From Malacoraja senta (taxonomy: Eukaryota), in the NCBI GenBank assembly GCA_038087875.1, contig CM075995.1, positions 8,620,001-8,684,000 of the forward strand: a DNA stretch of 64,000 bases, given 5' to 3'. The stretch's first letter is position 1; every line of letters begins with the position of its first letter. Below the pieces are notes generated by a model. The model did not search any database. It worked only from the letters and a program-made list of their open reading frames with translations, and was not told the origin of the DNA. The position numbers and the translations under genes were made by a program. This document shows, piece by piece, positions 23,380 through 35,575 of this stretch.

Positions 23380-24311
23380 ATAGACAATAGACAATAGACG
23401 CAGGAGTAGGCCATTTGGCCCTTCGAGCCAGCACCGCCATACAATGTGATCATGGCTGATCATCCCCAATCAGTACCCCGTTCCTGCCTTCTCCCCATAT
23501 CCATTGACTCCGCTGTCTTGAAGTGCCCTATCTAGCTCTGAGGCAGAAAATTCCACAGACTCACAACTCTCTGTGAGAAAAAGTGTTTCCTCGTCTCCGT
23601 TCTAAATGGCTTACTCCTTATTCTTAAACTGCAGCCCCTGGTTCTGGACTCCCCCAACATCGGGAACACGTTTCCTGCCTCTAGCGTGTCCAAGCCCTTA
23701 TAATTCTTATATGTTTCAATAAGATTCCCTCTCATCCTTCTAAACTCCAGAGTGTACAAGCCCAGCCGCTCCATTCTCTCAGCATATGACAGTCCTGCCA
23801 TCCCGGGAATTAACCTTGTAAACCTACGCTGCACTCCCTCAATAGCAAGAATGTCCTTCTTCAAATTAGGGGACCAAAACTGCACACAATACTCCAGGTG
23901 TGGTCTCACTGGGGCCCTGTACAACTGCAGAAGGACCTCCTGTACTCAACTCCTCTCGTTATAAAGGCCAACATGCCATTTGCTTTCTTCGCTGCCTGCT
24001 GTACCTGCATGCTTACAGTCTGAAGAAGGGTTTCGGCCCGAAACGTTGCCTATTTCCTTCGCTCCATAGATGCTGCTGCACCCGCTGAGTTTCTCCAGCA
24101 TTTTTGTGTACCTCCTGCTTACTTTCATTGACTGATGAACAAGGATCCCCAGATCCCATTGTACTTCCCCTTTTCCCAACTTGACACCATTTAGATAATA
24201 ATCTGCCTTCCTGTTTTTGCCACCAAAGGGGATAACCTCACATTTATCCACATTAAACTGCATCTGCCATGCATCTGCCCACTCCCCCAACCTGTCCAAG
24301 TCACCCTGCAT
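23380..24311 (-). mobile_element. CR1 LINE 3' fragment carrying a PLE mini-insertion
   Basis: ORFs 23532-23924 and 23946-24311 encode the CR1 RT C-terminus. Confidence 0.93.
24017..24115 (+). mobile_element. 99-bp PLE-terminus mini-insertion with a 7-bp TSD
   Basis: tgcttac duplicated at 24010-24016 and 24116-24122; the CR1 resumes exactly afterwards. Confidence 0.8.
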
Positions 24312-24469
24312 GCTAAACAGTCAGCGGAAAGACTATACATGATTATAATCTATCCATTTACAGTGTATAGATACATGATAAGAAGAAGGGGCCAGGTTTA
24401 CACCGAAGATAGACACAAAATGCTGGAGTAACTCAGTGGGACAGGCAGCGTCTCTGGAGAGAAGGAATG

Positions 24470-24503
24470 GGTGACGTTTCGGGCCGGGACCCTTCATCAG
24501 ACC
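24470..24503 (-). ncRNA. Minimal type I hammerhead-ribozyme-like motif
   Basis: Minus strand ggt-CTGATGA-A-GGGT(CCCG)GCCC-GAAA-CGTC-acc; 3-bp stem I and a GUC cleavage triplet. Confidence 0.65.
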
Positions 24504-24857
24504 GAAGAAGGGTCTCGACCCGAAACGTTACCCGTTCCTTCTCTCCAGAGGTGCTGCCTGTCCCGATGAGTTACAAGGTATGTCATCACAATCTCCACAA
24601 CCTTCTCAGATTCCAAATATTCCCAATCTTCTAAATTGACGGTGATTTATTAACATTTTCAATTTTAAATTTCAATTTTCCATCGTTAGTTTAGTTTAGA
24701 GAAACAGCGCGGAAACCAGCCCCCTGAGTCCGTGCCGACCAGCGATCCCCGCTCACTAGGGATCATTTACATTTTACACCGAGCCAATTAACCTACAAAC
24801 CTGCACGTCTTTGGAGTGTGGGAGGAAACTGGAGATCCTGGAGAAAACCCACTCAGC

Positions 24858-25595
24858 ACTGAAATTTGACAAACAAGTCAATGCCGTGGTAAAAGCTAGC
24901 TTCTTCCAGCTTCGGACGATAGCTAAAATAAAACAATTCCTCCAGTTTGATGACCTCGAAAAGATCATCCACACATTCATCTCCTCCCGCCTAGATTACT
25001 GCAACTCCCTTTACACTGGCATCAGCCAATCTTCCCTGTCCCGCCTGCAACTGGTCCAAAACGCCAATCGCAGCGAGACTCCTGACGGGCACCCGAAAAA
25101 GGGACCACATCACCCCGATCCTGGCCTCTATCCACTGGCTCCCTGTGCGGTTCCGAATAAATTTCAAGATCCTCCTCCATGTCTACAAAGCCCTCAATGG
25201 GCTTGCCCCCACCTACATCAAAAGTCTTCTCACCCACCACACCACCTCCAGGCCCCTCAGATCGGCCGACTTGTGGTTGCTGAATATCCCACGGTCTAGG
25301 CATAAGCTCAGGGGCGACCGGGCCTTTGCGGTTGCAGCCCCTAGACTGTGGAGCAGCATCCCCCTTCCCATCAGAACTGCCCCCTCGATCGACTCCTTTA
25401 AGTTGAGACTTAAAACTCATCTTTACTCTCAAGCCTTTGTTGACGTCCTCTGAGGGAGGGCTATATGTATGTATTTATGTATGTACTTAATCTATGAACC
25501 ACTGTTGTGTAACGTTAGTACCTCCACCAATGTAAAGCACTTTGGTCAACGAGAGTTGTTTTTTAAATGTGCTATAGAAATAAAAGTGACTGGAC
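24858..25595 (+). mobile_element. L2-clade LINE 3' fragment
   Basis: FFQLRTIAKIK...FISSRLDYCNSL...LQLVQNA and RINFKILL.VYKALNGLAPTY..GDRAFAVAAPRLW; AATAAA and a (gactt)n-like tail. Confidence 0.9.
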
Positions 25596-26159
25596 TTGAC
25601 TTGGTCACAGGGAGAAGGTAAAAACTCCATACAGACAACACCCAGTAGTCAGGATCGAACCCGGGTCTCTGGAGCTGTGAGGCAGCAACTCTACCGCTGC
25701 GCCACCATGCCGCCCACTAAATTAAACTGCAGAGAACATTGGTTGTTCCCAAACCATGCAGTGATGTATCCCGATAAGATGCTTTCCACGGCGCATCCCA
25801 ATGCAATCCTAATGCGTGTCACGGTGGCGCAGCGGTAGAGTTGCTGCCTCACAGCGCCAGAGACCCGGGTTCCATCCCGACTACGGGTGCTGTCTGTACG
25901 GAGTTTGTACGTTCTCCCCGTGACCCGCGTGGGTTTTCTCCGAGATCTCCGGTTTCCTCCCGCACTCCAAAGACGTGCAGGTTTGTGGGTTATTTGGCTT
26001 GGTGTAAAATGTAAATTGTCCTTGGTGCGTGTAGGACAGTGTTCGTGCGTGCGCGGATCGCTAGTCGGCGCCGGTTCGGTGGGCTGAAGGGGCTGTTTCC
26101 CGCGCTGTATCCCGAAACTAAAAACTAAACTAATGCGACTGGCCGAGTTGGTCTCCCAC

Positions 26160-26274
26160 CTTGGTCTTGCCGAGCTGCCACCCCGTCCTGGTGCTGTCGT
26201 AGGAGCAGAGAAGAGATTCACACTTCCCCTTGAAATCGTCAGCTACTGGGAGATTCCTCATCAGCACTTTGTAC
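26160..26274 (-). CDS. MYO10: Myosin-X converter exon (YKVLMRNLPVADDFKGKCESLLCSYDSTRTGWQLGKTK)
   Basis: 115 nt, cctcag acceptor, gtggga donor; WQLGKTK motif. Confidence 0.94.
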
Positions 26275-28211
26275 CTGAGGTGAAAAATGAAACATCACTT
26301 CAGGTTTAGTTCAGTTTATTGTCACGTGTACCGAGGTGCAGTGAAAGGCTTTTGTTGCGTGCGAACCAGTCAGCGGAAAGACAATACATGATTACAATCG
26401 AGACATTTAGAAACATAAAAACATAGAAAACAGGTGCAGGAGTAGGCCATTCGGCCCTTCGAGCCTGCACCGCCATTCAATATGATCATGGCTGATTATC
26501 CAACTCAGTATCCTGTACCTGCCTTCTCTCCATACCCACTGATCCCTTTAGCCACAAGGGCCACATCTAACTCCCTCTTAAATATAGCCAATGAACTGGC
26601 CTCAACTACCTTCAGTGGCAGAGAATTCAACAGATTCACCACTCTCTGTGTGAAAACCAAAATTCTCATCTCAGTCCTAAAAGATTTCCCCCTTATCCTT
26701 AAACTTTATAGTGTATAGATACATGATAACGTTTAGTGCAAGGTAAAGCCAGCAAAGTCCGATCAAGGATAGTCCGAGTGTCACCAATGAGGTAGATAGT
26801 AGTTCAGCACTGCTCTCTGGTTGTGGTGGGATGGTTCAGTTGCCTTCAACAAATAGACTCCGCTTTCCCCCCTGTCCATCTCAACAATAGACAATAGACA
26901 ATAGGTGCAGGAGTAGGCCATTCGGCCCTTCAAGCCAGCACCGCCATTCAATGTGATCATGGCTGATCATCCCCAATCAGTACCCCGTTCCTGCCTTCTC
27001 CCCATATCCCCTGACTCCGCTATCTTTAAGAGCCCTATCTAGCTCTCTCTTGAAAGCCTCCAGAGAACCGGCCTCCACAGACTCACCACTCTCTGTGAGA
27101 AAAAGTGGCTTCAACAAAATGCTTGCAGTACAAGAGGATGTTGCCAGGACTCGAGGGCCTGAGTCATAGAGAGTCTTAGAGTGATACAGTGAGGAAAAAG
27201 AGCTCTTCGGGATAGCGGAGCGAAGGGATATGGGGAGAAGGCAGGAGCTGGGTACTGATTGGGGATGATCAGCCATGATCACATTGAATGGCGGTGCTGG
27301 TTCGAAGGGCCGAATGACCTACTCCTGCACCTATTGTCTATTGAAACAGCCCCTTTGGCCCAACTTTCTCCCATTGACCAACATGCCTCACCTGCCTGCG
27401 TTTGGCCCATGTCCCTCCAAACCTGTCCTATCCATGTACCTGTCCAAATGTTTTTCAGAAACTCCAAAGACATGCAGGTTTGTAGGTCAATTGGCCCGCT
27501 GTAAATTGTCCCCAGTGTGTAGGATAGAACGAGTATACAGGGTGATCATTGATGGGCCGAAGGGCCTGTTTCCACGCTGTATTTCTAAAACTAAAACTTT
27601 CCTTTTCACATACTTGTCCAAATGTCTTTTGAATGCAGTTATGGTACCTGCCTCGACTACCTCCTCCATATACTCATTCCATACACCCACCACCCTCTGT
27701 GTGAAAAAGCCATAGGACATGCCTGGGCAAGGCGGGCCGAAGGGCCTGTAACTGGAGACCAGTGAACATGTCAAAAGGTCAGAAGTGATAGGAGAAGAAT
27801 TAGGCCATTCAGCCCATCAACTCTACTCCGCCATTCAATCATGGCTATCTCCTCCTCCTAACCCCATTCTCCCCTAAACCCTTGACACCAGTACGAATCA
27901 AGAATCTATCCATCTCTGCCAAAAATATCCACTGACTTGGCCTCCACGGCCTTCTGTGGCAAAGAATTCCACAGATTCACCACCCTCTGACTAAAGAAAT
28001 TCCTCCTCCTCCCCTTCCCAAAGGAACGTCCTTTAATCAGAGGCTGCGACCTCTGGGCCTTTCACTATTCGGTAAGTTTCAGAGGTCCCCCCCCCCTCAT
28101 TCCTCGAAACTCCAGCGAGTACAGGCCCAGTGTCGTCAAACGCCACTCATGCCTGGGACCATCCTCAATGTAAAACAATGTCCGAGGAAATTGTTGGCCC
28201 ACAAGCAATAC

Positions 28212-28336
28212 CTGGCGTTGAAGTCCTGGAAGTGTCTCCTGACCGGGAAACCGGCCCTGCGTATTTTCACCGTCTCCAGCATCCCGGAATATCTCAGCTG
28301 GTTCAGAACCACCGCCTGCTCAAACTGATCCGGCAT
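28212..28336 (-). CDS. MYO10: Myosin-X SH1/converter exon (MPDQFEQAVVLNQLRYSGMLETVKIRRAGFPVRRHFQDFNA)
   Basis: 125 nt, tttcag acceptor, gtattg donor; QLRYSGMLE motif; exon begins with ATG. Confidence 0.95.
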
Positions 28337-28882
28337 CTGAAAGGAGAGATTGTGAAGGGTCAGCTCGTCGACAGCTGGCAGCACGGTAAGAATAAGCAGC
28401 ATTATCGTCTTTATGTTACCTGGTGAACTACCGAACACAGAAGGGCTTATAATTCACCGCGCCCACCCCATTTAAAGTAAAAGTTATCAAAAGTTAGACA
28501 CAAGGAACTGCAGATGCTGGTTTACAAAAAAAAAGCACAGAGTGCGTAGTTTAGCTTAGTTTAGTTTAGTTTACTTCAGCTCAGTTCAGTTTAGAGATAC
28601 AGGGTGGAAACAGGCCCTTCGGCCCACCAAGGCCGCGCCAACCAGCGATCACCCCGTACACTAGCACTATCCCACACAGTAGGGACAATTTATAATTTTA
28701 CGGAGGGCCAATTAACCTACAAACCCCCACATCTTTTGGAGTGTGGGAGGAAACCGGAGCACACAGGGAGAACATGCAAACTCCCGACAGACAGCACCCG
28801 TACTCAGGATCGAACCGGGGTCTCAGGCGCTGTGAGGCAGCAACTCTACCCCTGCGCCACCGTGTTGGATCAGGCAGTGGGC

Positions 28883-29582
28883 CAGCGGGTCAGGCAGCAT
28901 CTGTGGAGAACATGGATAGGTGACGTTTCACAGAGTGCTGGAGTAACTCAGCGGGTCAGGCAGCATCTGTGGAGAACATGGATAGGTGACGTTTCACAGA
29001 GTGCTGGAGTAACTCAGCGGGTCAGGCAGCATCTGTGGAGAACATGGATAGGTGACATTTCACAGAGTGCTGGAGTAACTCAGCGGGTCAGGCAGCATCT
29101 GTGGAGAACATGGATAGGTGACATTTCACAGAGTGCTGGAGTAACTCAGCGGGTCAGGCAGCATCTGTGGAGAACATGGATAGGTGACGTTTCACAGAGT
29201 GCTGGAGTAACTCAGCAGGTCAGGCAGCATCTGTGGAGAACATGGATAGGTGACGTTTCACAGAGTGCTGGAGTAACTCAGCGGGTCAGGCAGCATCTGT
29301 GGAGCGAAGGAAATGGGCAAACTTTCGGGCCGAAACCCTGAAGGAAATGGGCAACGTTTCGGGCCGAAACCCGGAAGGGTTTCGGGCTGAAACGTTGCCT
29401 ATTTCCTTCGCTCCATAGATGCTGCCGGAACATGGATAGGTGACGTTTCACAGAGTGCTGGAGTAACTCAGCGGGTCAGGCAGCATCTGTGGAGAACATG
29501 GATAGGTGACGTTTCACAGAGTGCTGGAGTAACTCAGCGGGTCAGGCAGCATCTGTGGAGAACGTTGATCGGTGACGTTTCA
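28883..29582 (-). repeat. 66-bp minisatellite array with an embedded hairpin cassette (~29300-29428)
   Basis: About 6 units, cassette, about 2 units; explains the repetitive 245-aa ORF. Confidence 0.93.
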
Positions 29583-30120
29583 CTCAGCGGGTTTAGCCTC
29601 AGGAAAGCAGCCGACACAAGACGTGTCCCTGTCCCAACCCGGTCATTCCTCCTTCTCCCCGCTCCCGTCCGGCAGGAGGTACAGAAGCTTGAAAGCCCGC
29701 ACCACCAGACTCAGGAACAGATACTTCCCCTCTGTTATCGGGCTTCTGAACGGTCCCTCCATAAGCTGGGGTACTGTCAGATTCACCTCTAACCCCATTG
29801 CGGACATTGGACCTTGAGATTTAGTAAGTTGAGTTTATTGTCACGTGTACCGAGGTACAGTGGTATTTGTTGCGTGCTAACCAGTCAGCAGAAAGACTAG
29901 AGTATATATAATTACAATCGAGCCATCCACAATGTAAGATACAAGATCAAGGGAATAAAGTTTAGTGCAAAATAAAGTCCTGTAAAGTCAAATGAAAGCT
30001 AGTCTGGGGGTCTCCAATGAGGTAGGTGGTAGATCAGGACTGCTCTCTAGTTGTGGTAGCTATCTAGTTGTCTCTGGAGCTGATGGGCTACAATGCTGAC
30101 AACTATATTCGACAGAGCGA

Positions 30121-30621
30121 CAGAGGTTCCCCTGCATCTCCTCCAACCTCATCTATTCCATCCGCTGCTCTAGATGTCAGCTGCTCTACATCGGTGAGAC
30201 CAAGCGTAGTCTTGGCGATCGCTTCGCCCAACACCTCCGCTCGGTCCGCAATAACCAACCTGGTCTCCCGGTGGCTCAGCACTTCAACTCCCCCTCCCAT
30301 TCCGAATCCGACCTCTCAGTCCTGGGCCTCCTCCATGGCCAGAGTGAGCAACACCGGAAACTGGAGGAGCAGCTCCTCATATTTCGCTTGGGCAGTCTGC
30401 ACCCCAGCGGCATAAACATTGACTTCTCCAATTTCCGGTAGCCCTTGCTGTCTCCTCCCCTTCTCAGCTTTCCCTCAGCCCTCGGGCTCCTCCTCTTCCT
30501 TTCTTCTTCCCCACCCTCCATCAGTCTGAAGAAGGGTTTCGGCCCGAAACGTTGCCTATTTCCTTCGCTCCATAGATGCTGCCTCACCCGCTGAGTTTTT
30601 CTCCAGCATTTTTGTCTACCT
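30121..30621 (+). mobile_element. Penelope-like element 3' end: GIY-YIG endonuclease fragment plus hammerhead-like terminal motif; other endonuclease fragments at about 12760-12905 (-), 19840-19960 (+), 40955-41130 (-), 51505-51640 (-)
   Basis: 30121-30441 reads QRFPCISSNLIYSIRCSRCQLLYIGETKRSLGDRFAQHLRSVRNNQPGLPVAQHFNSPSH...RKLEEQLLIFRLGSLHPSGINIDFSNFR*, with LIY..CxxC..YIG and downstream His residues typical of PLE endonuclease. Not in the ORF track. Confidence 0.9.
30523..30556 (+). ncRNA. Minimal type I hammerhead-ribozyme-like motif (PLE terminus)
   Basis: agt-CTGAAGA-A-GGGT(TTCG)GCCC-GAAA-CGTT-gcc. Confidence 0.6.
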
Positions 30622-32327
30622 ACTATATTCTGCACTCTGTATCTTCCCCTTTGCTCTACCTATTGGACTGGAGTTTGAAAGGATTATATTTGTGCAGAGT
30701 ATTATCTGATCAGTGGGCCGGGCAGCATCTCTGGAGAAGATGAATAGGTGACATTTCGGATTGAGACCCCTGTTCAGATGGGTTTCGGTTGCCACAGGGC
30801 ATGTTTCCATGGTTTACGCCCCCTGGGCTCTATAAACTTTCTCTGCACCCTTTCCAAAGCCTCCGCATCTTTCCTATCTATGCCCAAGAAAACGTGGCGC
30901 GGTGACGCAGCGGTAGAGTTGCTGCCTCACGGCGCCAGAGACCCGGGTTCAATCCTGACTACGGATGCTGTCTGTACGGAGTTTGTACGTTCTCCCCGTG
31001 ACCTGCGTGGGTTTTCTCTTAGATCTTCCGGTTTCTTCCCACACTCCAAAGACGTGCAGGTTTGTAGGTTAATTGGCTTGGTGTAAATGTAAAAATTGTG
31101 TGTAAGATGGTAGACAATAGACAATAGGTGCAGGAGGAGGCCATTCGGCCCTTCGAGCCAGCACCGCCATTCAATGTGATCATGGCTGATCATCCCCAAT
31201 CAGTACCCCGTTCCTGCCTTCTCCCCATATCCCCTGACTCCGCTATTTTTTAAGAGCCCTATCTAGCTCTCTCTTGAAAGCATCCAGATAGTGTTATGGG
31301 GCTGTCCCACTGTACGAGCTAATTCAAGAGTTCTCCCGAGTTTCCCCTGAATCGAACTCGGAGATTTACGGTAATGGCCACTCGTCGGTACTCGGGGCTC
31401 TCGTGGACATTTTTCAACATGTTGAAAAAACTTCACGAGTCTTCCCGAGCTAACCGCGTTTCCCGAGTACCTGCCGTTAGCGTTACGAGCCGCTAAGAGA
31501 CGCCCACGAGCTCCGACTTACCCGCTACGTACATTCTACCTGCTTACCACGAGTTTGATTTTTTTTTTAACTCGGGAGAGCTCTTGGGTAAACTCGTACA
31601 GTGGGACAGGCCCCATTAGTGTGCGGGGATCGCTGGTCGGTGCGGTCTCGGCGGGCCGAAGGACCTGTTTCCAAGCTGTAGCTCTAAACTAAACTAAACT
31701 GAACTAAAAAATAAAACGAGAGCAGTTTTCTACCTCCACGGCCCCGACGTTACCAACAGGAATAAAAGACTTACAGAGCACACATCTTACAGCAGCCTAT
31801 TGTCTAAACTGATTGTTAAGGCTACAGAGTGGTGGCAAGAATCAATGTATGCCGGGTCTGTTTCTAAATCAAACATAATAAATCATGAAGTTAAATGTAT
31901 TTTGGTGGCATATGGTCCTTTTGTGGCCACAAAGAGCTTTTGTTAGCTGGGCAGCTGAGGGCAGATGGTTGCAACTTGTTACTGGAAGGCTGGAACTGAA
32001 AAGGAGCTATGTTCAATGCAGAGACGTGGCTGAAACATTGTGCCGTGACAGACTCCCCTCCCTAGGAGACGGGAGGTCAAACAGCGCCGGAGGCTGCGAT
32101 ATTCCCACCCCCGGGATAAATAAAAGAGGCTTTCACACCACCCTCCGAAACTTAAACCCTCTCCGCAATATGTACACTGACTGAATGTGGAGGAAGGAAC
32201 AGCAGATGCTGGTTTAAACCGAAGATAGACACAAAATGCTGGAGTAACTCAGCGGGTCAGGCAGCATCTGTGGAGAGAAGGGACGGGCGACGTTTCGGAT
32301 TGGAGTCGTTCTTCCTAACATCTCACT

Positions 32328-32712
32328 TCATCCACGTTCTCCACAGATGCTGCCTGACCCGCTGAGTTACTCCAGCACTCTGTGAAACGTCACCTATCCA
32401 TGTTCTCCACAGATGCTGCCTGACCCGCTGAGTTACTCCAGCACTCTGTGAAACGTCACCTATCCATGTTCCGGCAGCATCTATGGAGCGAAGGAAATAG
32501 GCAACGTTTCGGCCCGAAACCCTTCCGGGTTTCGGCCCGAAACGTTGCCTATTTCCTTCAGGGTTTCGGCCCGAAAGTTTGCCCATTTCCTTCGCTCCAC
32601 AGATGCTGCCTGACCCGCTGAGTTACTCCAGCACTCTGTGAAACGTCACCTATCCATGTTCTCCACAGATGCTGCCTGACCCGCTGAGTTACTCCAGCAC
32701 TGTGTGTCTATC
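32328..32712 (+). repeat. 66-bp array with an embedded hairpin cassette (~32472-32600)
   Basis: Same composite in the opposite orientation. Confidence 0.93.
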
Positions 32713-32959
32713 TTTCAGGCATATCTGTGAATTGGGTTATAAGGTAGATGTGTGACTAATTTCTGAATCAAAGATTGACTACTTACAGTAAATGGTTTTT
32801 TGATTTCAATCTTGCTTTTCTCTAAATGAATAGACAGATTGCAATCGTGTCGTTAATCACTGCTTTTCATTTCATCCGCATGAACCGCAATATTAATTTT
32901 GTGTCTAAAAATTAAGTGACTCACACTGAAAGATGGGCCTAAGATTGCATCGAATACTG

Positions 32960-33545
32960 GAAACATACAAAATAGGCGCAGGAGGCCATTCGGCCATTCG
33001 GCCCTTCGAGCCAGCACCGCCATTCATTGTGATCATGGCTGATCGTCCCCAATCAATAACCCGTGCCTGCCTTCTCCCCATATCCCTTGACTCCACTAGC
33101 CCCTAGAGCTCTATCTAATTCTCTCTTAAATCCATCCAGTGACTTGGCCTCCACTGCCCTCTGTGGCAGGGAATTCCACAAAGTCACAACTCTCTGGGTG
33201 AAAAAGTTTTTTCTCAGCTCAGTCTTAAATGACCTCCCCTTTATTCTAAGACTGTGTGGCCCCTGGTTCTGGACTCGCCCAACATTGGGAACATTTTTCC
33301 TGCATCTAGCTTGTCCAGTCCCTTTATAGTTTTATATGTTTCTAGACAATGTATCAACATTGCAGTAAAGAGGTGTACAGCATCATGAAAGGAATAGATC
33401 GGGTAGATGCACAGAGTCTCCTGCCCAGAGTAGGGGAATCGAGGACCAGAGGGACAGAGGTTTAAGGTGAGGGGGGAAAGATTTCATAGGAATCTGAACA
33501 CAGTACTCTGTAAAACCCATCATATACTCTAAAGAAAAAAAAGTG

Positions 33546-33581
<36 letters not shown>

Positions 33582-35541
33582 TAAAAATCAAACAACTAGA
33601 CAATAATAGTGCAAAGTCCAAGATATTATAGGAAAAATGTTGCTTTTATAGGAAAGATGTTGTCACGCTGGAAAGGTTGCAGAGAAGATTTACGAGGATG
33701 TTGCCAGGACTCGAGGGTGTGAGCTACAGGGAGAGGTAGAGCAGGCTGGGGACTCTATTCCTTGGAGCGCAGGAGGATGAGGGGGTGATCTTATAGAGGT
33801 GTATAAAATCATGAGAGGAATGGATCATTTACATGCCCAGAGTCTCCTGCCCAGAGTAGGGGAATCGAGGACCAGAGGACATAGGTTCAAGGTGAAGGGG
33901 AAAAGATTTAATAGGAATCTGAGGGTGTCATTTTCATACAAAGGGTGGTGGGTGTATGGAACGAGATGCCAGAGGAGGTAGTTGAGGCTGGGACTATCCC
34001 AACGTTTAAGAAACAGTTAGACAGGTACATGGATAGGACAGGTTTGGAGGGATATGGGCCCAAACGCAGGCAGGTGGGATTGGGGAATGTTGGCCGGTGT
34101 GGGCAAGTCGGGCAGAAGGGCCCGTTTCCACCCTGTATCACTCTATGACCCTAAAGAGGGATGGTTCTCATTTCTTTGATGTTTGGAACTCCATATACAC
34201 GCCTTCAAATGTGTGCCTACCAAGAAACATAGACAATAGGTGCAGGAGTAGGCCATTCAGCCCTTCGAGCCAGCACCGCCATTCAATGTGATCATGGCTG
34301 ATCATCCCCAATCAGTACCCCGTTCCAACCTTCTCCCCATATCCCTTGATTAATATCCCTCATAGCCCTAAGTGCTCTATCTAACTATCTCTTGAAAACA
34401 TCCAGAGAACCGGCCTCCACTGCTTCTGTGGCAGAGAATTCCACAGATTCACAACTCTCTGGGTGACAAAGGTTTCCTCATTATAACGTAAAGCGTCAAA
34501 GAGCTGTACAGTGTGGAAACAGGCCCTTCAGCCCATCTTATCCATGCTGACCAAATTCAGACACGTGTCTCATCCCATTTGCCTGCATTAGCCCCCTATC
34601 TCTATAAACATTCGGACTGCTACATGGATAAGACAGGTTTAGAGGGATATGGGCCAATCGCGTAGATTGGGCACATTGGCCAGCATGGGCCGCAGGGCCT
34701 GTTTCCGTGCTGTATCACGGTGGCACAGCGGTAGAGTAGCTGCCTTCAGCGCCACAGACCCCAGCTTCGATCCTGGCTACGGCCGCTGTCTGTACGGAGT
34801 TGTACGTTCTCCCTGTGACCTGCGTGGGTTTTCTCCGAGATCTCCGTTTTCCTCCCACACTCCAAAGTCGTGCAGGTTTGTAAGTTAATTGGCTTGGTGA
34901 AAATTGTAAATTGTCCCTAGTGGGTGTAGGATAATGCAAGTGATCGCTGGTCGTCTCATAGAAACATAGAAAATAGGTGCAGGAGGAGGCCATTCGGCCC
35001 TTTGAGCCAGCACCACCATTCATTGCGATCATGGCTGATCGTCCCCAATCAATAACCCGTGCCTGCCTTCTCCCCAGATCCCTTGACTCCACTAGCCCCT
35101 AGAGCTCTATCTAATTCTCTCTTAAATCCATCCAGTGACTTGGCCTCCACTGCCCTCTGTGGCAGGGAATTCACAAATTCACAACTCTCTGGGTGAAAAA
35201 GGTATTTCTCACCTCAGTCTTAAATGGCCTCTCCTTTATTCTAAGACTGTGTGGCCCCTGGTTTGGACTCGCCCAACATTGGGAACATTTTTCCCTGCAT
35301 CTAGCTTGTCCAGTCCTTTTATAGTTTTATATGTTTCTAGACAACGTATCAACATTGCAGTAAAGAGGTGTACAGCATCATGAAAGGAATAGATCGGGTA
35401 GATGCACAGAGTCTCCTGCCCAGAGTAGGGGAATCGAGGACCAGAGGGACAGAGGTTAAGGTGAGGGGGGGAAAGATTTCATAGGAATCTGAACACAGTA
35501 CTCTGTAAAACCCATCATATACTCTAAAAGAAAAAAAAGTG

Positions 35542-35575
<34 letters not shown>

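Noticed and set aside
28604..29341. 245-aa ORF with a 22-aa repeat (also 2196-2519 and similar)
   Set aside because: Translation of a SINE plus the 66-bp minisatellite, whose length is a multiple of 3; no splice or homology support
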